Shown here: positions 33,080 through 43,092 of the stretch, piece by piece
Layout of the letters: every line of letters starts with the position of its first letter
How positions within the stretch are numbered: the first letter of the stretch is position 1
NCBI GenBank assembly: GCA_017464285.1
Contig: JAFUDT010000013.1
Span: 138,962-202,961, forward strand
Source: Bacteroidales bacterium
GTDB taxonomy: Bacteria; Bacteroidota; Bacteroidia; Bacteroidales; UBA1402
Direction: 5' to 3'
Length of the DNA: 64,000 bases
Translations under genes and position numbers: made by a program
Notes under the pieces: generated by a model
Databases searched by the model: none
What the model was told of the DNA's origin: nothing
The model's input: only the letters and a program-made list of their open reading frames with translations

Positions 33080-35022
33080 TTGTCGGTGTTTTCTTGTGTG
33101 TCTTCTGTATTTTGTGCAAAGGGTTCCCGCCAGGTGCATCCTTCCCGCCAGCGGCTACAGCCGTAGGCGGTGCGGCCTCGGATGATGCGGCCCTGCTGGC
33201 AGAGTGGACACAGGTCGCCGCTTTTGTCACTCTTGACGGAAATCATCAGACGGCTCACCATGTCTTTGAGTTCGCAGAGGAAGTCGGCTGCCTGATAGCG
33301 GCCGTGCTCGATTTCCCGGAGTTTCTTTTCCCAGCGGCCTGTCAGCGAGGCCGACTTGAGCAGCTCGTCGTTGATGGTGTGGATCAGCTCTATACCGGTA
33401 TCAGTGGGTATCAGGTTCTTCCGCTCCTTGACGACATAGTGCCGTTTGAAAAGCGTCTCGATGATGGCAGCGCGGGTGCTGGGCCGGCCGATTCCGTTTT
33501 CCTTGAGAGCTTCGCGCAGGCTTTCGTCTTCGACCGTCTTGCCGGCTGTTTCCATGGCGCGGAGCAGGGTGGCCTCGGTATAGGGCTTGGGGGGCAAGGT
33601 CGTTTTGGCCGAGATCTCGGGCTGATGCGGACCGCTTTCACCCCGGGCAAAGTCGGGGAGGGTCCTTTCCTCCTCAGCTCCGGCGTTTTCGCCGTTTTCG
33701 CCTTCGTCCCGGGAAGGGGCACCGGGGTCTTTTTTCTCGAAGACTGTCCGCCAACCGGGCTCGAGTATCTGTTTGCCGCTCGCTTTGAAGGGGACCTCGG
33801 CAGCTTGGCCCTGCACCGTGGTGGTGGCAATCTGGCAGTCGGGCCAGAAAGCGGCGATAAAGCGGCGGGTCACCAGATCGTAGACCTTCATTTCGCGGTC
33901 GTTCAGGCCGACCGCTTTCATGCCTGTGGGAATGATGGCATGGTGGTCGGTGACTTTGCTGTTGTCAAAAACCTTCTTGGATCTGGGCAGTTTTTTCCCC
34001 TCCAGCAGGGGGGCTATTATTTCTGGATAGCTGTCGCGGATGCCTTGCAGGATGCCGGGCACCTTGGGATAGATATCGTCGCTCAGATAGGTGGTATCGA
34101 CACGGGGGTAAGTGGTGGCTTTTTTCTCGTAGAGGCTCTGGATAATCTGCAGTGTCTCTTCTGCAGAATAGGAGAACTTCCTGTTGCACTCCACCTGCAG
34201 GGAGGTCAGATCAAACAGGCGGGGGGCGAACTCCTTGCCTTTTTTTTTCTCGACGGAGGTCACCACAAAGGGGGTCTGGCGAATCTCCTCCAGGCGGGCC
34301 AGAGCTTCGTCTTCCTTGTCAAAGCGGCCCTTGGCGGCCGAAAATACTGTGTCGCGATAAGTGGTCTTGAGTTCCCAGTAGGGTTCGGGCTTGAAATTGT
34401 CAATCTCTTCCTGCCGGCGGACAATCAAGGCCAGGGTGGGGGTCTGCACACGGCCGATGGACAACACTTGACGATCTTTGCCATAGCGCAGGGTGTAGGC
34501 TCTGGTGGCGTTCATGCCCAGCAGCCAGTCGCCGATGGCCCGCATCAGCCCGGCCTCATAGAGCGGTCGGTAGTCTTCGGCCGGATGCAGGTGTCCGAAA
34601 CCTTCCTTGATGGCCTCGGGGGTGAGCGAAGATATCCACAGTCGCTGTACCGGACACTGGCAGTGGGCTTTCTGCAATACCCAACGCTGTATTAGTTCGC
34701 CCTCCTGGCCGGCATCGCCGCAGTTGATGACCAATTCGGCTTTTTCGACCAGGGAACGGATGATGTTGAATTGTTTCTGCACACCGGCATCGTCGGCCAC
34801 CTTGATGGAAAAACGCTCGGGTATCATCGGCAGACGGCTGAGCGCCCAGGGCTTCCAGAAGTCGGAATACTCCTGGGGCTCAAGCAGACGGCAGAGATGG
34901 CCGAAGGTCCAGGTGACCTGGTAGCCGTTGCCTTCGAGATAGCCCTCATGTCGCTGACCGGCTCCCAGGACGGCAGCTATGTCACGGGCGACGGACGGCT
35001 TCTCGGCAATGCAGACAATCAT
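33076..35022 (-). CDS. topB: DNA topoisomerase III
   Basis: ORF 33076..35070. The ATG at 35022 gives MIVCIAEKPSVARDIA (TOPRIM start typical of TopB). GQEGELI acidic cluster. C-terminal zinc ribbon CPLCQQGRIIRGRTAYGCSRWREGC. Confidence 0.92.
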   Translation of the reverse strand: MIVCIAEKPSVARDIAAVLGAGQRHEGYLEGNGYQVTWTFGHLCRLLEPQEYSDFWKPWALSRLPMIPERFSIKVADDAGVQKQFNIIRSLVEKAELVINCGDAGQEGELIQRWVLQKAHCQCPVQRLWISSLTPEAIKEGFGHLHPAEDYRPLYEAGLMRAIGDWLLGMNATRAYTLRYGKDRQVLSIGRVQTPTLALIVRRQEEIDNFKPEPYWELKTTYRDTVFSAAKGRFDKEDEALARLEEIRQTPFVVTSVEKKKGKEFAPRLFDLTSLQVECNRKFSYSAEETLQIIQSLYEKKATTYPRVDTTYLSDDIYPKVPGILQGIRDSYPEIIAPLLEGKKLPRSKKVFDNSKVTDHHAIIPTGMKAVGLNDREMKVYDLVTRRFIAAFWPDCQIATTTVQGQAAEVPFKASGKQILEPGWRTVFEKKDPGAPSRDEGENGENAGAEEERTLPDFARGESGPHQPEISAKTTLPPKPYTEATLLRAMETAGKTVEDESLREALKENGIGRPSTRAAIIETLFKRHYVVKERKNLIPTDTGIELIHTINDELLKSASLTGRWEKKLREIEHGRYQAADFLCELKDMVSRLMISVKSDKSGDLCPLCQQGRIIRGRTAYGCSRWREGCTWREPFAQNTEDTQENTDK

Positions 35023-35024
35023 GC

Positions 35025-35183
35025 TCAGGCCTTGGAGAAGTCGTCCTTGCCTACGCCGCAGAGCGGACAAGTCCAGTCTTCGGGCAGCTCTTCGAAAGGA
35101 GTACCGGGGGCAATGCCGTTGTCAGGGTCGCCTGTTTCAGGGTTATAGGTATAACCGCACACATCACATACGTACTGATCCAT
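35025..35183 (-). CDS. rubredoxin (52 aa, below the ORF-track size cut-off)
   Basis: Hand translation of the reverse strand gives [52 protein letters not shown]. Both CxxCG knuckles and the invariant aromatic residues of rubredoxins are present. The stop lies 2 nt before the topB ATG. Confidence 0.9.
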   Translation of the reverse strand: MDQYVCDVCGYTYNPETGDPDNGIAPGTPFEELPEDWTCPLCGVGKDDFSKA

Positions 35184-35445
35184 AGTCGTTTCTAATAATA
35201 AAGGGGTGAATACTGTGCTGCACGGGGCAGCGTCACAAAAATAACATCTTTGCCGTTTTTCTCAAAGCTGAATGACCATTATTTGTCGAGGATAGTTGTC
35301 AGTCTGCCGGCGACTCATGTGTCAGTCTGTCCATGCTGGCGGGGAAACCTGGTCTATTGTTCCCCGGAAATGTTCTGTTTTTCCCCGGATGTCTGTAAAA
35401 TGCTCTTTTTGGACTGTAATTTGATAACAGAAGCGACTGGAAAAA

Positions 35446-36900
35446 ATGTACAAAGCGATGAAAAAACCTGACAAGTATCTGCCCTTCCTGCTGGCCGCAG
35501 TGAGCCTCCTTTCTCTGACAGGACGGGCAGAGACAATGAAACTGGACCTGCAGACCTGCCGCGATCTGGCCCTGCAGGGCAACAAACAGATCCAGGTAGA
35601 CCGGGAAAACGCCGAGGCTGCCAAGAACCTTCGTAAAGCTGCTTTGGCTGCCATGTTTCCGAAACTCTCCGCCAACGGCGGCTATGTCTGGAACCAGAAC
35701 AACCTCTATCTGTTGTCCCAGGAAGCCACACTGCCATTCGGCACTATGAATGCCGACGGGACTTTTGTCTTCAGTCCGAACCTGATCGGTACGGCCTACC
35801 CGCAGTTGGAAGGCCCTGCCAGCCAATGGGTGGCTTCCGAATATCTGAAGGCACGGGAGGCTACGGCCATTGACATCGAGAATATCGTGGTCGGTGAGAT
35901 TGGGATTACCCAGCCTATTTATCTGGGCGGAAAGCTGATTGAACTTTACAAAATCGCCCAGGCCACCGAGGCCATCGAGCAGTTGAAAAGCGGGCAGACC
36001 GACATGGAACTGCTCGTCTCTGTCGACGAGGCCTACTGGCGGGTGCTGTCTGTCTCGGCCAAGTTCCGGCTGGCCGACGAGTACTGCCGGATGCTGCGCA
36101 AGGTGGAACAGGATCTGACTGCGGCCGTCGAGGAAGGTACTGCCACACAGTCCGACCTGCTCAAGGTGCGTGTCAGTCTGAACGAGGCGGAGGTGAGCCT
36201 GCTCAAGGCCGAAAACGGTCTTAAACTTTCGAAAATGGCCCTTTGCCAGGTTTGCGGACTGGAATTGGATACCGATGTCGAGCTGGACGACAGCGGTCTG
36301 GAACAGACTTCTTTTCGTCTGGACACGCTCAGCATGGAGCAGGTCTGGGACCGGCGCAATGAACTCCAGCTTCTCGAACAGGCCGACCGGATAGCCCGTT
36401 CGGGAGTCCGCATAGCCGCATCGACGCTCAAGCCCAACATCGTCGCCCGGGCCAATTACTACGTAACCAACCCCAATCTATTCCATGGTCTGAGTGATAT
36501 GAAGTCTTATGGAGGCTCTTTTGCCGCCGGGGTAGTGGTCAATATTCCGATAGCCCATGCCGATGACATTCTCCGCCTGAAGGCAGCCAAGAACAAAGCC
36601 AGGACGGTTTCCCTGCAGCTCGAGGAGGCCAGGGAGAAGATCCATCTGCAGGTGAGTCAGTCCACCCGGCAACTGGAGGAGTCCGACCGCAATTTTGCCA
36701 TGGCCTTGGCCAACATCGACAATGCGGAAGAAAACCTTCGCCTGGCCCAGGCCGGTTTCGAAGAAGGGATGGTTACCTCAACCGAACTGCTGGGAGCCCA
36801 GACCGCCTGGCTCAAAGCCTATTCCGAAAAAATCGACGCTTCGGTCAACTTGCGCCTTTATGAGACCTATCTGAAGAAGAATACGGGAAATTTAAAATAA
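35446..36900 (+). CDS. TolC-family outer-membrane efflux protein
   Basis: 484 aa. Signal peptide and two-fold repeated coiled-coil/beta pattern typical of OEP/TolC. First gene of an efflux operon. Confidence 0.88.
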   Translation: MYKAMKKPDKYLPFLLAAVSLLSLTGRAETMKLDLQTCRDLALQGNKQIQVDRENAEAAKNLRKAALAAMFPKLSANGGYVWNQNNLYLLSQEATLPFGTMNADGTFVFSPNLIGTAYPQLEGPASQWVASEYLKAREATAIDIENIVVGEIGITQPIYLGGKLIELYKIAQATEAIEQLKSGQTDMELLVSVDEAYWRVLSVSAKFRLADEYCRMLRKVEQDLTAAVEEGTATQSDLLKVRVSLNEAEVSLLKAENGLKLSKMALCQVCGLELDTDVELDDSGLEQTSFRLDTLSMEQVWDRRNELQLLEQADRIARSGVRIAASTLKPNIVARANYYVTNPNLFHGLSDMKSYGGSFAAGVVVNIPIAHADDILRLKAAKNKARTVSLQLEEAREKIHLQVSQSTRQLEESDRNFAMALANIDNAEENLRLAQAGFEEGMVTSTELLGAQTAWLKAYSEKIDASVNLRLYETYLKKNTGNLK

Positions 36901-36935
36901 TACACAAATAATCAAAGCTTTAATTCATTACAGTC

Positions 36936-37931
36936 ATGGATGCAAAAAACAAGAAATACAATCTGCTGATCGGTCTGATCGGCCTGGTTTCAATCATCTT
37001 GGTTGTCAGTGTCATCGGTTATCTTTCGCTAAAGTCGGATCCGCTGATTATCTCCGGCGAGGCTGAGGCTACGGAATATCGTGTCTCGGGCAAGGTGCCG
37101 GGCCGTGTCGGACTCTTCTTCGTTGAAGAGGGTGACCGGGTGCATAAGGGCGATACCCTGGTCTTCATAGACTCTCCCGAGGTGCGTGCCAAACTTTCTC
37201 AGGCCAGTGCGGCCAGGGCTGCGGCCGAGGCTCAGAACCAGAAGGCCATCAAGGGGGCTCGCGAGGAACAAGTCCAAGGTGCTTTCGAAATGTATCAGAA
37301 GGCCAAGGTGGGAGAGGAAATACTGGAGAAATCCTACCGCCGTATCAAGAATCTGTATGACAAAGGGGTTGTCTCGGCTCAGAAACTTGACGAGGTGGAA
37401 GCCCAGTATAAAGCAGCTGTAGCTACGACCAAGGCGGCCAAATCGCAATATGACATGGCCCGCAACGGTGCCCAGAAAGAGGACAAGGAAGCTGCTGCCG
37501 CCCTGGTGGCCAGGGCCGATGGTGCCGTCAGCGAGGTGGAGGCCTATATGAATGAGCTGTATCTGACATCGCCGGCCGACGGAGAAGTCAGCGTCCGCTT
37601 CCCGAAAGTCGGAGAACTGGTCGGCAGCGGTTCGCCTGTCGTTTCTGTCACAGACCTGGATGACATGTGGCTGACCTTTTCTGTCCGTGAGGACCTGCTG
37701 CCCGACCTGACTGTGGGGACGGTCTTTGATTTTACAGTTCCGGCTCTGGGAGAGGAGGTCTGGCAAGCTAGGATCACCTATATGCAGGCCAAGGCTTCCT
37801 ATGCTACTTGGCGAGCCACCAAGACCAGCGGCCAGTTTGATGCCAAGACTTTCGAATTGAAAGCCAGGCCGGTGATTCCTGTCCCGAATCTCCGTCCGGG
37901 CATGACGGTGGTCATGGAAAAGAGGTTCTGA
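36936..37931 (+). CDS. HlyD-family membrane-fusion (periplasmic adaptor) protein
   Basis: 331 aa. N-terminal TM anchor, lipoyl-like motif (GDRVHKGDTLVFIDS), long alpha-hairpin, beta-barrel C-terminal part. Confidence 0.88.
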   Translation: MDAKNKKYNLLIGLIGLVSIILVVSVIGYLSLKSDPLIISGEAEATEYRVSGKVPGRVGLFFVEEGDRVHKGDTLVFIDSPEVRAKLSQASAARAAAEAQNQKAIKGAREEQVQGAFEMYQKAKVGEEILEKSYRRIKNLYDKGVVSAQKLDEVEAQYKAAVATTKAAKSQYDMARNGAQKEDKEAAAALVARADGAVSEVEAYMNELYLTSPADGEVSVRFPKVGELVGSGSPVVSVTDLDDMWLTFSVREDLLPDLTVGTVFDFTVPALGEEVWQARITYMQAKASYATWRATKTSGQFDAKTFELKARPVIPVPNLRPGMTVVMEKRF

Positions 37932-37958
37932 TCTGTCCCTGTTCTCATTCTGGTAATC

Positions 37959-39122
37959 ATGTCATCTTTGAAAGCTGTCTTTTTTAGGGAACTCAGACAG
38001 ATGTTCGCCCGTCCTGGCTATCCCTTCGTGGCGGTGTTGGGCATGGCCTTCTGTTGCCTGTTCTTCCTGACGGTCATGGACGAAGGTCTGCCGCAACGGC
38101 TGCCCGTCGGCATTGTCGATCATGACGGCTCCAGCATCGCCCGTATGCTCAAACGGGAAGTGGATGCCGGACAGTCTGTCCGTGTCGTGGCCGAATACGC
38201 TTCCTACACGGACGCCCGCCAGGCTATGCAGCGTGGCGAAATCTATGCTTTTCTGGTCATCCCTGAGAATCTCTACGGCGACCTTCTGTCCTACAAACGG
38301 CCGACGCTGACACTCTATGCCAATTCGGCCTATACTCTGGGCGGCACGCTGACCTACAGACAGCTGACGACCATGGCCAACCTGGTATCCGCCGCTGTCC
38401 AGCGTGAAGTGCTGCGGAGCCGGGGTTATCGCGATGACCAGATCATGGCCCTGATACAGCCGATTGTCCTGGATACGCATGCCATCGGCAATCCCTGGGT
38501 AAACTATTCTGTCTATCTGTCTTCTACGCTGTTGCCCGGTCTCCTGGGCATGATTGTGCTGATGCTGTCCGCTTTCAGTATGACCCACGAGCTGAAAATG
38601 CGTACATCGCCCGACTGGCTACAGGCAGCCGGGGACCATGTGCCGACGGCCGTGCTGGGCAAGATGCTGCCATATACGATCCTGTTCACGATCCTGGGAT
38701 GGGCCATGAATGTGCTGATGTACAAAGTGATGCATTTCCCTCTGGCTGGATCTTTCCTGTTCCTGTGTCTGGCTACGGCCGCCTATGTCGTGGCCATGCA
38801 GGCCGTTGCCGTCTTTGTTGTCAGCTGGCTGCCCACGCCCGGTCTGGCCGTAAGCCTGTGTGCGCTCTACAGTACGCTTTCACTGACACTGTCCGGCTTT
38901 TCCTACCCCGTGGAGGCCATGTTGTCTCCTTTTCAGGCACTGACCTGGCTGGTACCGCTCAGACACTATTATTTGATTACTGTCGATCAGACACTTCTGG
39001 GGCTGCCGGTGGCTAAGTCCTGCCTGCGACTGGCCATTCTGCTGGCGGCCGTGCTGTTGCCGCTGCCGCTGTCCGGCCGTCTGAAAAAAGCGATGTCGGA
39101 TCCCGAATTTATAGGAGACTGA
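37959..39122 (+). CDS. ABC-2 type transporter permease
   Basis: 387 aa. N-terminal TM, large periplasmic domain, then 5 TM helices (YbhS/YhhJ-like topology). Confidence 0.83.
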   Translation: MSSLKAVFFRELRQMFARPGYPFVAVLGMAFCCLFFLTVMDEGLPQRLPVGIVDHDGSSIARMLKREVDAGQSVRVVAEYASYTDARQAMQRGEIYAFLVIPENLYGDLLSYKRPTLTLYANSAYTLGGTLTYRQLTTMANLVSAAVQREVLRSRGYRDDQIMALIQPIVLDTHAIGNPWVNYSVYLSSTLLPGLLGMIVLMLSAFSMTHELKMRTSPDWLQAAGDHVPTAVLGKMLPYTILFTILGWAMNVLMYKVMHFPLAGSFLFLCLATAAYVVAMQAVAVFVVSWLPTPGLAVSLCALYSTLSLTLSGFSYPVEAMLSPFQALTWLVPLRHYYLITVDQTLLGLPVAKSCLRLAILLAAVLLPLPLSGRLKKAMSDPEFIGD

Positions 39123-39126
39123 AAAG

Positions 39127-40356
39127 ATGAAAGATACGAAATATCCTTTTTCACGTCGTTTGCTTTACCGTCTGGAAGATATCTGGTATGTCTATGTCAG
39201 GGAATTGCAGCGTATCATCCACGACAAGGGGGTAGCCGTGATCTTCTTTGTGGCCGGCATCGCCTATCCCTTGCTCTATCCCCTGGTCTATAACCGTGAG
39301 TCGATAGACAAGCTGCCGATAGCCGTGGTGGACGACTCAGACACACCCCGCTCGAGGGAATATATCCGCAGTCTGTCTGCCACGCGCGAAGTGGATGTGC
39401 GCTACAAGTGCATGAACCTGCAGGAAGCAGCCGCTCTCTACCATGCCCGTAAATGCCATGGCGTGGTCTGCCTGCCTGCTGACTTCGACTACCAGATAGA
39501 GACCGTCGGCGGTCAAGCCGTAGTGTCGGTCTATTGCGACATGTCTTCGTTCCTTTATTACAAAAACCTGCTGCAGGCATCCAATTTTGTCATGCTCGAC
39601 TATCACCGTGGCATACAGTTGCAGCGCTATGAGCTGTCGGGCAACGACAGGCCCATGGCCGAGATACTGGCACAGCCGGTGCAGTACGAAACGGTGATGC
39701 TCTACAATCCGGGAGGAGGCTATCCTTCTTTTCTGCTGCCGGCCATCCTGGTGCTGATTCTCTACCAGACTATGTTCTTTGGCATCTGCATGCTGGCGGG
39801 CGTGGCCCGGGAAACAAACGGCGAACTGTATTATATTGACGGACGTCGTTATGAACGTTCGACTTTCCGGCTGGTCTTCGGACGGGGATTTGCCTACTTC
39901 ACCATTTATCTTGGTCTGTCGGTCTATGCGCTGGGACTGGTGCCCCGCCTGTTCGGACTGCCGCATATCGGCGATTTCCGTGACATTATGCGCCTTGTCG
40001 TGCCTTTCCTGCTGGCTACGGCGTTCTTCTCGATGACCGTCTCGGTCTTTATCCGGGAGAGGGAAACGGCTATGGTGCTGCTGCTATTCTCTTCGGTGGT
40101 GCTGCTCTTTCTCTCCGGCTGTTCCTGGCCTGCCGGCAACCTGCCTTCTTTCTGGCGGCATTTTGCCATGCTCTTTCCTTCTACCTACGGTGTGAACGCC
40201 TACATCCATATCAATACGATGGGAGCCACGCTGTCGGAAACCTCGCGTGAATATGCGGCTTTGTGGGTACAGGCCGGCGTCTATCTGCTGACGGCCTGTC
40301 TGGGCTATTATTTCTCGGGGCGGATTTATGAACGTCAGAGCAGGCTGTTCCGGTAG
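39127..40356 (+). CDS. ABC-2 type transporter permease (paralogue of the upstream gene)
   Basis: 409 aa with the same topology as the preceding permease. Confidence 0.83.
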   Translation: MKDTKYPFSRRLLYRLEDIWYVYVRELQRIIHDKGVAVIFFVAGIAYPLLYPLVYNRESIDKLPIAVVDDSDTPRSREYIRSLSATREVDVRYKCMNLQEAAALYHARKCHGVVCLPADFDYQIETVGGQAVVSVYCDMSSFLYYKNLLQASNFVMLDYHRGIQLQRYELSGNDRPMAEILAQPVQYETVMLYNPGGGYPSFLLPAILVLILYQTMFFGICMLAGVARETNGELYYIDGRRYERSTFRLVFGRGFAYFTIYLGLSVYALGLVPRLFGLPHIGDFRDIMRLVVPFLLATAFFSMTVSVFIRERETAMVLLLFSSVVLLFLSGCSWPAGNLPSFWRHFAMLFPSTYGVNAYIHINTMGATLSETSREYAALWVQAGVYLLTACLGYYFSGRIYERQSRLFR

Positions 40357-41285
40357 GTCTTGGGGGTCATTCCCGTGTGCTGCCTGAAATACTTCCCGAA
40401 AAAGGACTGACTCGGGAAGCCGAGTTCGGCCGCAATTTCCTTGACAGACAGCCGGGATGTCTTGAGCAGGGTCTTGGCCTCTTCGATGACTTGACTCTGT
40501 ATCCATTCTCCGGCGGTTTTTCCGCTGATACGTTTGACCGTGGTGGACAGGTATTTGGGTGTCAGACACAGTAGCCGGGCATAGAAGGCTACGTCGCCGT
40601 GCTCTTTGTAGTGGAGGCTGAGCTGTCGGAGGAACTCTCCGAAAATCTCTTCTCCCCGGTTTCGGTATTCCGGCCTTTCGAGCAGTGTGTGACCGTAGAT
40701 GTTGCAGACTTTGTAGAAAAGTGCCATCATGATCGACTGTCCCGTCTCGCGCCGGAAAAGATTGCTGCTGTCTTTGACTTCCCGGAAGAGTTGCCGGTAA
40801 TAGTCGCTGATCCATTCTGTGTCTTTTTCAGAAAGCTGGGCGCAGGGATGCTCGCGGATATACAGGAACAGAGGCAGCAGATGATGCATCTGCCGGATCA
40901 GGTGCTCGTAAGTACTGTTGTTGATACAGATGAAGATACCTCTGCCGGAGCGTTCCGCCTTGACTGTGTCCCTGGGGTCTTCCCCCGGGCTGAGGACGAC
41001 TTTGACTACCTGGTTGGGAAACAAGGTGATGTAGCTGTTTCTTCGGCAGAGGAAAGTCCTCGAATCGATGGATATCTCGTAGCTGCCTTCCAGACAGAGC
41101 CCGAAAACGGCCATGTTGATTCTGTAATGTTGACGGCTGTGGATCTGACCAATCTGGTTGATATCCTCGAAAACGGCATAGTCGTTCTCGTCGGCTGCTA
41201 TTTTTTCGCTGTTGGTGTCGATCTCCTGCAGCTGCCTTTTGAGGGCCTTCAGGTCAAAACTCTGTATCTCACCGGTCGGTTTCAT
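40335..41285 (-). CDS. AraC-family transcriptional regulator
   Basis: 316 aa. C-terminal double HTH (LSVKEIAAELGFPSQSFFGKYFRQHTGMTPKTYR). The 3' end overlaps the convergent permease gene by 22 nt. Confidence 0.9.
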   Translation of the reverse strand: MKPTGEIQSFDLKALKRQLQEIDTNSEKIAADENDYAVFEDINQIGQIHSRQHYRINMAVFGLCLEGSYEISIDSRTFLCRRNSYITLFPNQVVKVVLSPGEDPRDTVKAERSGRGIFICINNSTYEHLIRQMHHLLPLFLYIREHPCAQLSEKDTEWISDYYRQLFREVKDSSNLFRRETGQSIMMALFYKVCNIYGHTLLERPEYRNRGEEIFGEFLRQLSLHYKEHGDVAFYARLLCLTPKYLSTTVKRISGKTAGEWIQSQVIEEAKTLLKTSRLSVKEIAAELGFPSQSFFGKYFRQHTGMTPKTYRNSLL

Positions 41286-41341
41286 GCCCCAAATTAAGGC
41301 ATTTAAATCTATAGCTGCAAATGAATTTATTGTAAGATTTT

Positions 41342-41373
41342 CTTGCGGCGGCTTTACACTTGCATTATATTTG
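41342..41373 (+). promoter_or_regulatory. candidate Bacteroides-type promoter for the acyl-CoA ligase gene
   Basis: -7 box TATATTTG (41366..41373) matches TAnnTTTG. There is an imperfect -33 element cTTG 20 nt upstream. The ATG lies at 41406. Confidence 0.35.
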
Positions 41374-41405
41374 CGGCGTTTAATACAAATAGAGGAAATT
41401 TACCT

Positions 41406-43079
41406 ATGTCAGACAACAAAGCCCTGAGTCCGGTAAGACATTTTTTTGACTACTACAACCGGACAATCCCCGAAAACTGGAACGAACCGGCATTGACCGA
41501 TTTTGACGGTGAACTGAACTACACATTCGGCCAAATGGCCGCCCAAATGGCTAAAATACAACTGCTGCTGGAAACAGCCGGCATCGGAAAAGGTGACAAG
41601 GTGGTGATTTGCAGCCGCAACTGTGCCAACTGGGCCATTTCTTTCTTAAGTATCGCTGCCAACCGCGGCGTCGTGGTTTCTGTGATGGATGCCTTTGTGG
41701 GTCCTGATATCGAGAAACTGGTCAACCATTCCGACGCCAAAGCCTTGTTTGCCGGTCCGGCTGTCTGGAACAAGATCGATGTGGCCAACATGCCGAATCT
41801 GGAGTTGGTCATTGGTACGGAACACTTCGAACGGCTCTATGCCAAAGGTGAGTTGCAGCAGCGGGCTTTTGACTCGCTCGAGGAGAGCTTTCAGAACCGA
41901 TACCCAAAGGGTTATCAGAAGGAGGATGTCGCTTTTCCGACCGACAATCTGGACGATTTGCTCATCATTAACTATACCTCTGGCACGACCAGCGATCCCA
42001 AGGGCGTGATGCTCTCATACCGGGCCATCTCGGCCAATGTGCAGTTCAGCCAGGAAGCCATTCCCAACCACAGCGGTTGGACGGAAGTCTGCATGCTGCC
42101 GCTGGCCCATATGTTCGGTATGACCATTGAGTTCCTCTATCAGGTGGCCGGTGGCTGCCATGTCTTTTTTCTGAGCAAGACGCCTTCTCCTTCAGTCCTG
42201 ATGAAGGCTTATGCCGAGGCTAAACCCTACATGATCCTGACCGTGCCGCTGGTACTGGAAAAAATCTTCAAAGCCAAGATATTCCCTGCACTCGAAAAAC
42301 CGATGGTCAAAATTCTTTGGCATACGCCCTTGCTGTGCAGGATAGTCGAGAAGAAGATATACAGTCAGCTCATGGAGGCTTTCGGCGGCAACCTGATCTG
42401 GCTCATCACGGGTGGAGCCGCCATCAACCGGGAAGTCGAAAAGATTTTCCGTCGCATCAAGTTCCCCTTTGTGGTGGGGTACGGCATGACCGAATGCGGC
42501 CCGCTTATCTGCTATCAGGACTGGGACAAGGAGGTGACGGGCTGCTGCGGGGTTGTCGTCTCGCGCAATGAACTCAAAATCGATTCGGCCGATCCATATT
42601 CCATTGTGGGTGAAATCCTTGTGCGCGGCGAACATGTCATGATGGGCTACTATAAGAACGAGCAGGCCACCCGCAACGCCTTGGATGAGGAGGGTTGGCT
42701 GCATACCGGCGATCTGGGAATCCTCGACCACGAGGGACACCTCTTTATCAAAGGCCGCAGCAAGGCCATGATCCTCAGTTCGAACGGACAGAATATCTAC
42801 CCCGAGGAGATCGAAGACAAGATCAATAACCTTCCCGGTGTGGAAGAGTCGGTGGTGGTCGGCCGTGACGGTAAACTGGTGGCGCTGGTCTATCCCGATT
42901 ATTCCCTCGAGGGAAAGCCCGAGCTGCAGGGCCGGACCCTTGCCCAGCTTATGGAGGACAATCGTCAGAAACTCAACACGATGCTGCCATACTATGCCAA
43001 GGTCAACGAATTTGAACTGGTCAGGGAGGAATTCCAGAAGACGCCCAAGCGCAGCATCAGGCGTTTCCTCTATAAATAA
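41406..43079 (+). CDS. AMP-dependent synthetase/ligase (long-chain acyl-CoA ligase-like)
   Basis: ORF 41343..43079. The ATG at 41406 gives MSDNKALSPV. AMP-binding motif INYTSGTTSDPKGVML, plus GYGMTECGP and TGDLG. Confidence 0.9.
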   Translation: MSDNKALSPVRHFFDYYNRTIPENWNEPALTDFDGELNYTFGQMAAQMAKIQLLLETAGIGKGDKVVICSRNCANWAISFLSIAANRGVVVSVMDAFVGPDIEKLVNHSDAKALFAGPAVWNKIDVANMPNLELVIGTEHFERLYAKGELQQRAFDSLEESFQNRYPKGYQKEDVAFPTDNLDDLLIINYTSGTTSDPKGVMLSYRAISANVQFSQEAIPNHSGWTEVCMLPLAHMFGMTIEFLYQVAGGCHVFFLSKTPSPSVLMKAYAEAKPYMILTVPLVLEKIFKAKIFPALEKPMVKILWHTPLLCRIVEKKIYSQLMEAFGGNLIWLITGGAAINREVEKIFRRIKFPFVVGYGMTECGPLICYQDWDKEVTGCCGVVVSRNELKIDSADPYSIVGEILVRGEHVMMGYYKNEQATRNALDEEGWLHTGDLGILDHEGHLFIKGRSKAMILSSNGQNIYPEEIEDKINNLPGVEESVVVGRDGKLVALVYPDYSLEGKPELQGRTLAQLMEDNRQKLNTMLPYYAKVNEFELVREEFQKTPKRSIRRFLYK

Positions 43080-43092
43080 TGTATTTGTTCTA

